From an uncultured Candidatus Saccharibacteria bacterium (GTDB taxonomy: Bacteria; Patescibacteriota; Minisyncoccia; Phycocordibacterales; UBA1006): DNA of 64,000 nt. The stretch spans positions 185,867 through 249,866 of the forward strand of contig CAZROP010000001.1 in assembly GCA_964601935.1 (NCBI GenBank), read 5' to 3'. A model generated the notes under the pieces. The model was not told the DNA's origin. It saw only the letters and a program-made list of their open reading frames with translations, and searched no databases. Shown here in pieces: positions 61,210 to 64,000 of this stretch. Within the stretch, counting starts at the first letter, position 1; the number at the start of each line of letters is the position of its first letter. The position numbers and the translations under genes are program-made.

Positions 61210-63438
61210 CTATTGGCGGACCTTGGTCTTATCGTTAGAACTCCTGCCTATTTCATGGATCCAATTGAGCATCCGTTGGCGGCGTGTGAGAGGTGCTTCT
61301 GCTAGTGTGTCAGGATTCTGGATCCGTTCTTGGATCCGTCGTTTCAGTGTTGTTAATGCAGCATTGTAGTCTTCTCCCTCATTCAACATTCGGAAGAATT
61401 CGATAAAATCATTCGGTTGTGCGTACTGAATGCCGTAACGGTCTCCTGCATCACGCTCGCTGTCCGTCGAGTTCTCCTGGGTCTGCTCTTTTATATTCTC
61501 GTAACCTCGGTTGGTTAGAATAGGTGCTAGTTCTTGTAGCACGAGCACTGACCACAGTTTTCTGTCAGAGAATGTCCGGTGCCAGGTTGTAATAGATAGA
61601 ACATAATTCAGCAGAGCACCCAAGAGCGCTTCTAATTGTTCAGCGGCCTTTGCTCTTGTCCAAAAGGAATTGTTGCAGGTAGTTGCAGGTAGGACCGTGA
61701 TACTCCTACTAGCTTCCAACTTTTCCGCAATATACTCCTCAATTCGGAATACCCACTGCTCGTGTTCCCAGAACCGATACTCTTTGAGCAACAGTATGAG
61801 CGTAGAGAGACTGGTAATTATAGAAATGATTCCTATCGTCATGCAGAAGTACATATACCAGGCAGGAACTTCTGTGTCAGACAGAACCCTCATCGCATAC
61901 TGAGTCACTAGGATGCTTCCAATGAATCCAATAAACACTATTCTTCTTACTTCATATACAAAATAGCGTCTTCCCATTCGGTGACTTTTGATCATAATCT
62001 GAGTAACCCATAATGTGGCGGCAGCCAGAATGATAATGATTGTTCCACTGGGAGACAGTATAAATCCGTGGACCAGTGCTATCGCCATGGTTGCTGCACA
62101 GGGAATGAATATGGTGACCAGTGCAATCATCGGGTCCTTCTTCCAGTTCACTAGTTTGTCTACACCCCGTGCTAGCATATAGGCAATGATTGTAGCAATG
62201 GTGAAGCTGATAACCCCAGGGATGCCAACGTCCATAGTCAGAACCAGACCTGTCCATACTGCAGGTGCTCCTACCAGCACCACTGTCAGGAGCATGATGC
62301 CGAGTACTGCGAAAGTGGCGCTAGCTAGGGCCCAGGCATGCGCCTTGGCCACTGTCCGTGCTGCTTTGCGTTCCTCATGCAGGTTGTAGTTCAATTCTGC
62401 AACTTCTATTAAGCAGGCTGCTGCACTTTCTGCTACAATTTCCCCGATATCATTTCTATTGAGCAATAGTTCTACCCACGCCGATAAATCAGCGCACTCT
62501 ATATACTGCAGTGTGTGAGAGCACTCATGCGAACTCAAAGCTGTCGCGATCTCCTCCAGTTTCTGGATTTCCTCGGTCGTGATAGTAGGCGCATACTTCT
62601 TCGTCAGGACTAATGCCCAATGGTTCCGTCCTTGGAAACGTTCATCGCAAGTTGCTATTCGGTAGAGGACTTGTGCAAGTTGCTTTACCGTTTCAACAGG
62701 TACGGTGCTCATCCTGTTCGTGTTCAGCCTGATTCTGTAGTGCGGCATAGTTAATGCCTCTGCCAGTTCGTACTTCATCTTGAGCATCCTTCGCCCTGGG
62801 AAAAACCCATGCTGGTTCAGCAGTCTTGTGGTTGCCCAGAGCGATGCTGCGCCAGCGAGATGCGCTAGGATTAGAATCCATATACCTATGCCACTCCCCT
62901 GGATACTACTGATCAATATAGCACCTGCAGATATCATGAGCATTAACATAGTGCATGCTACTATAAACCAATAGTAGTATTCCCCCAATCCGTAACGTTG
63001 TTTGCCATAGCGATGGATCGCTATGGCTGCAACGTAGGTCGCGATACCCATACCTGTTACAATCAGTCCTGCTCCAATCCAGGGCATAGTGTGCATCATG
63101 AACGTCAAGTCATGCATCCAGCCAGACTGGTAGGTATTCAGTAACGGTAGTACTATCCAGTGCCAGAGCAGGCTCAGGGCTGCGGTTACGTAGATCAGTT
63201 CTTGTACGTCCGTGACCCAGAATGGATCTTGGAATTTTACTTTGCGCTTCAGTCCGGCATAGCCGATACTGGCAATTGTTGCAGTAGTAATCGCAGCAGA
63301 TGCTGCGGACAGTCCTAATAGTCCCCATAGGAAAACTCCTATGATTGTCGCAATAATACCTGCGACAATTGCCAGTGCGATTGCAAACGCGCTGGCTGGA
63401 CTAGGACTGTCAATCATGGAGTCCATCAACTTCTTCAT
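61210..63438 (-). CDS. large polytopic membrane protein, hypothetical
   Basis: 742 aa, at least 12 TM helices with cytoplasmic helical inserts. Confidence 0.45.
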   Translation of the reverse strand: MKKLMDSMIDSPSPASAFAIALAIVAGIIATIIGVFLWGLLGLSAASAAITTATIASIGYAGLKRKVKFQDPFWVTDVQELIYVTAALSLLWHWIVLPLLNTYQSGWMHDLTFMMHTMPWIGAGLIVTGMGIATYVAAIAIHRYGKQRYGLGEYYYWFIVACTMLMLMISAGAILISSIQGSGIGIWILILAHLAGAASLWATTRLLNQHGFFPGRRMLKMKYELAEALTMPHYRIRLNTNRMSTVPVETVKQLAQVLYRIATCDERFQGRNHWALVLTKKYAPTITTEEIQKLEEIATALSSHECSHTLQYIECADLSAWVELLLNRNDIGEIVAESAAACLIEVAELNYNLHEERKAARTVAKAHAWALASATFAVLGIMLLTVVLVGAPAVWTGLVLTMDVGIPGVISFTIATIIAYMLARGVDKLVNWKKDPMIALVTIFIPCAATMAIALVHGFILSPSGTIIIILAAATLWVTQIMIKSHRMGRRYFVYEVRRIVFIGFIGSILVTQYAMRVLSDTEVPAWYMYFCMTIGIISIITSLSTLILLLKEYRFWEHEQWVFRIEEYIAEKLEASRSITVLPATTCNNSFWTRAKAAEQLEALLGALLNYVLSITTWHRTFSDRKLWSVLVLQELAPILTNRGYENIKEQTQENSTDSERDAGDRYGIQYAQPNDFIEFFRMLNEGEDYNAALTTLKRRIQERIQNPDTLAEAPLTRRQRMLNWIHEIGRSSNDKTKVRQ

Positions 63439-63582
63439 TACTCGTATATTTTTTATGTGTAAAAGATGAATTTAAATTTCCCTCAAACTACCACGTATGA
63501 ATATCCCGGTCAAGAAAAAACCTCCCAAAACACACACGTGTGTTCCAGGAGGCTTGTACAAAACATACTATGAAAACTAGTC

Positions 63583-63918
63583 TTAATTGCGCAGATACAG
63601 CTTTCTTGCTCCTACGAGCAGTAATACTGCTGCAACCAATCCAGATAATACCCAGATCCTCACCCCTGTGTCTACGGGATAAAAGGCATGGAAGGTTTCA
63701 ATCATGGAATAGATCAGGAGCATTATTGCTATGATCACAATACGCTCTTTGCGATCCGTTGGCGCGACCCGTTCAGCAGTTATTGCCGCGCCTATATAGG
63801 TGGCAGCTCCTCCAGCGGCAAAGGCATCGATACTAGAATAACCTAACCACAAGACAGTTGTAATACCACCTCTCCCGACAGTACAGGCACCACATACCAG
63901 AACGTGCTTCGCATCCAT
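63583..63918 (-). CDS. small membrane protein, hypothetical
   Basis: 111 aa with 3 TM helices. Confidence 0.4.
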   Translation of the reverse strand: MDAKHVLVCGACTVGRGGITTVLWLGYSSIDAFAAGGAATYIGAAITAERVAPTDRKERIVIIAIMLLIYSMIETFHAFYPVDTGVRIWVLSGLVAAVLLLVGARKLYLRN

Positions 63919-64000
63919 TCTGTTTTGCTCTGTCGCTTGAGTAATTGGTCATGTCGTGTCTGTGCTTGCTTCAGGATCTCCTTTACAGGAAGCATGACTT

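Noticed and set aside
1-64000. Alternative genetic code (UGA-Gly as in Gracilibacteria/SR1)
   Set aside because: Most long ORFs (up to 1047 aa) read cleanly in the standard code; the only internal stop noticed is a TAA in one tiny lipoprotein gene.
1-64000. CRISPR array
   Set aside because: No series of regularly spaced identical repeats; the repeats that exist are either 287-bp gene duplications or dispersed hairpins.

Overview
This 64-kb window appears to come from a small-genome bacterium. Most long ORFs read cleanly in the standard genetic code, so UGA recoding is unlikely; one lipoprotein ORF has an in-frame TAA. A CPR/Patescibacteria-like origin is inferred from tandem type IV pilins, a scattered ribosomal-protein cluster, rplK with no rplA, and many large surface proteins. 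Coding density is high on both strands and nearly every gene ends in a clear hairpin plus T-run terminator. Housekeeping genes include rplL, rplJ, rplS, rplK, rpsO, nusG, secE, ruvA, proS, dnaN, pnp, a xerC/D-like recombinase, cca, cmk, comM, xth, a SOD-like gene, and five tRNAs (Lys-UUU, His-GUG, Leu-GAG, Ser-GGA, Gly-GCC). The accessory content is the more interesting part. First, three tandem type IV pilin genes sit between rpsO and pnp; each has its own 9-bp inverted-repeat operator and its own terminator, and copies 1 and 2 share a 287-bp identical 5' block. Second, two paralogous modules each pair a small acidic ~110-aa protein with a large two-TM surface protein (20.7-24.2 kb and 50.7-55.4 kb). 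Third, a ~2.6-kb ORF-poor region at 46.4-49.1 kb is packed with stem-loops and terminators pointing inward from both sides. Fourth, there is a Tyr/Asn/Cys-rich secreted mini-protein. Fifth, a short palindromic repeat family (CCCTGAAATAAATTCAGGGTGACAGA) recurs in intergenic regions. Sixth, a DUF559 endonuclease gene flanked by palindromic hairpins lies beside tRNA-Gly, and there is a tRNA-Ser 3'-end duplication. No CRISPR array and no rRNA genes were seen.
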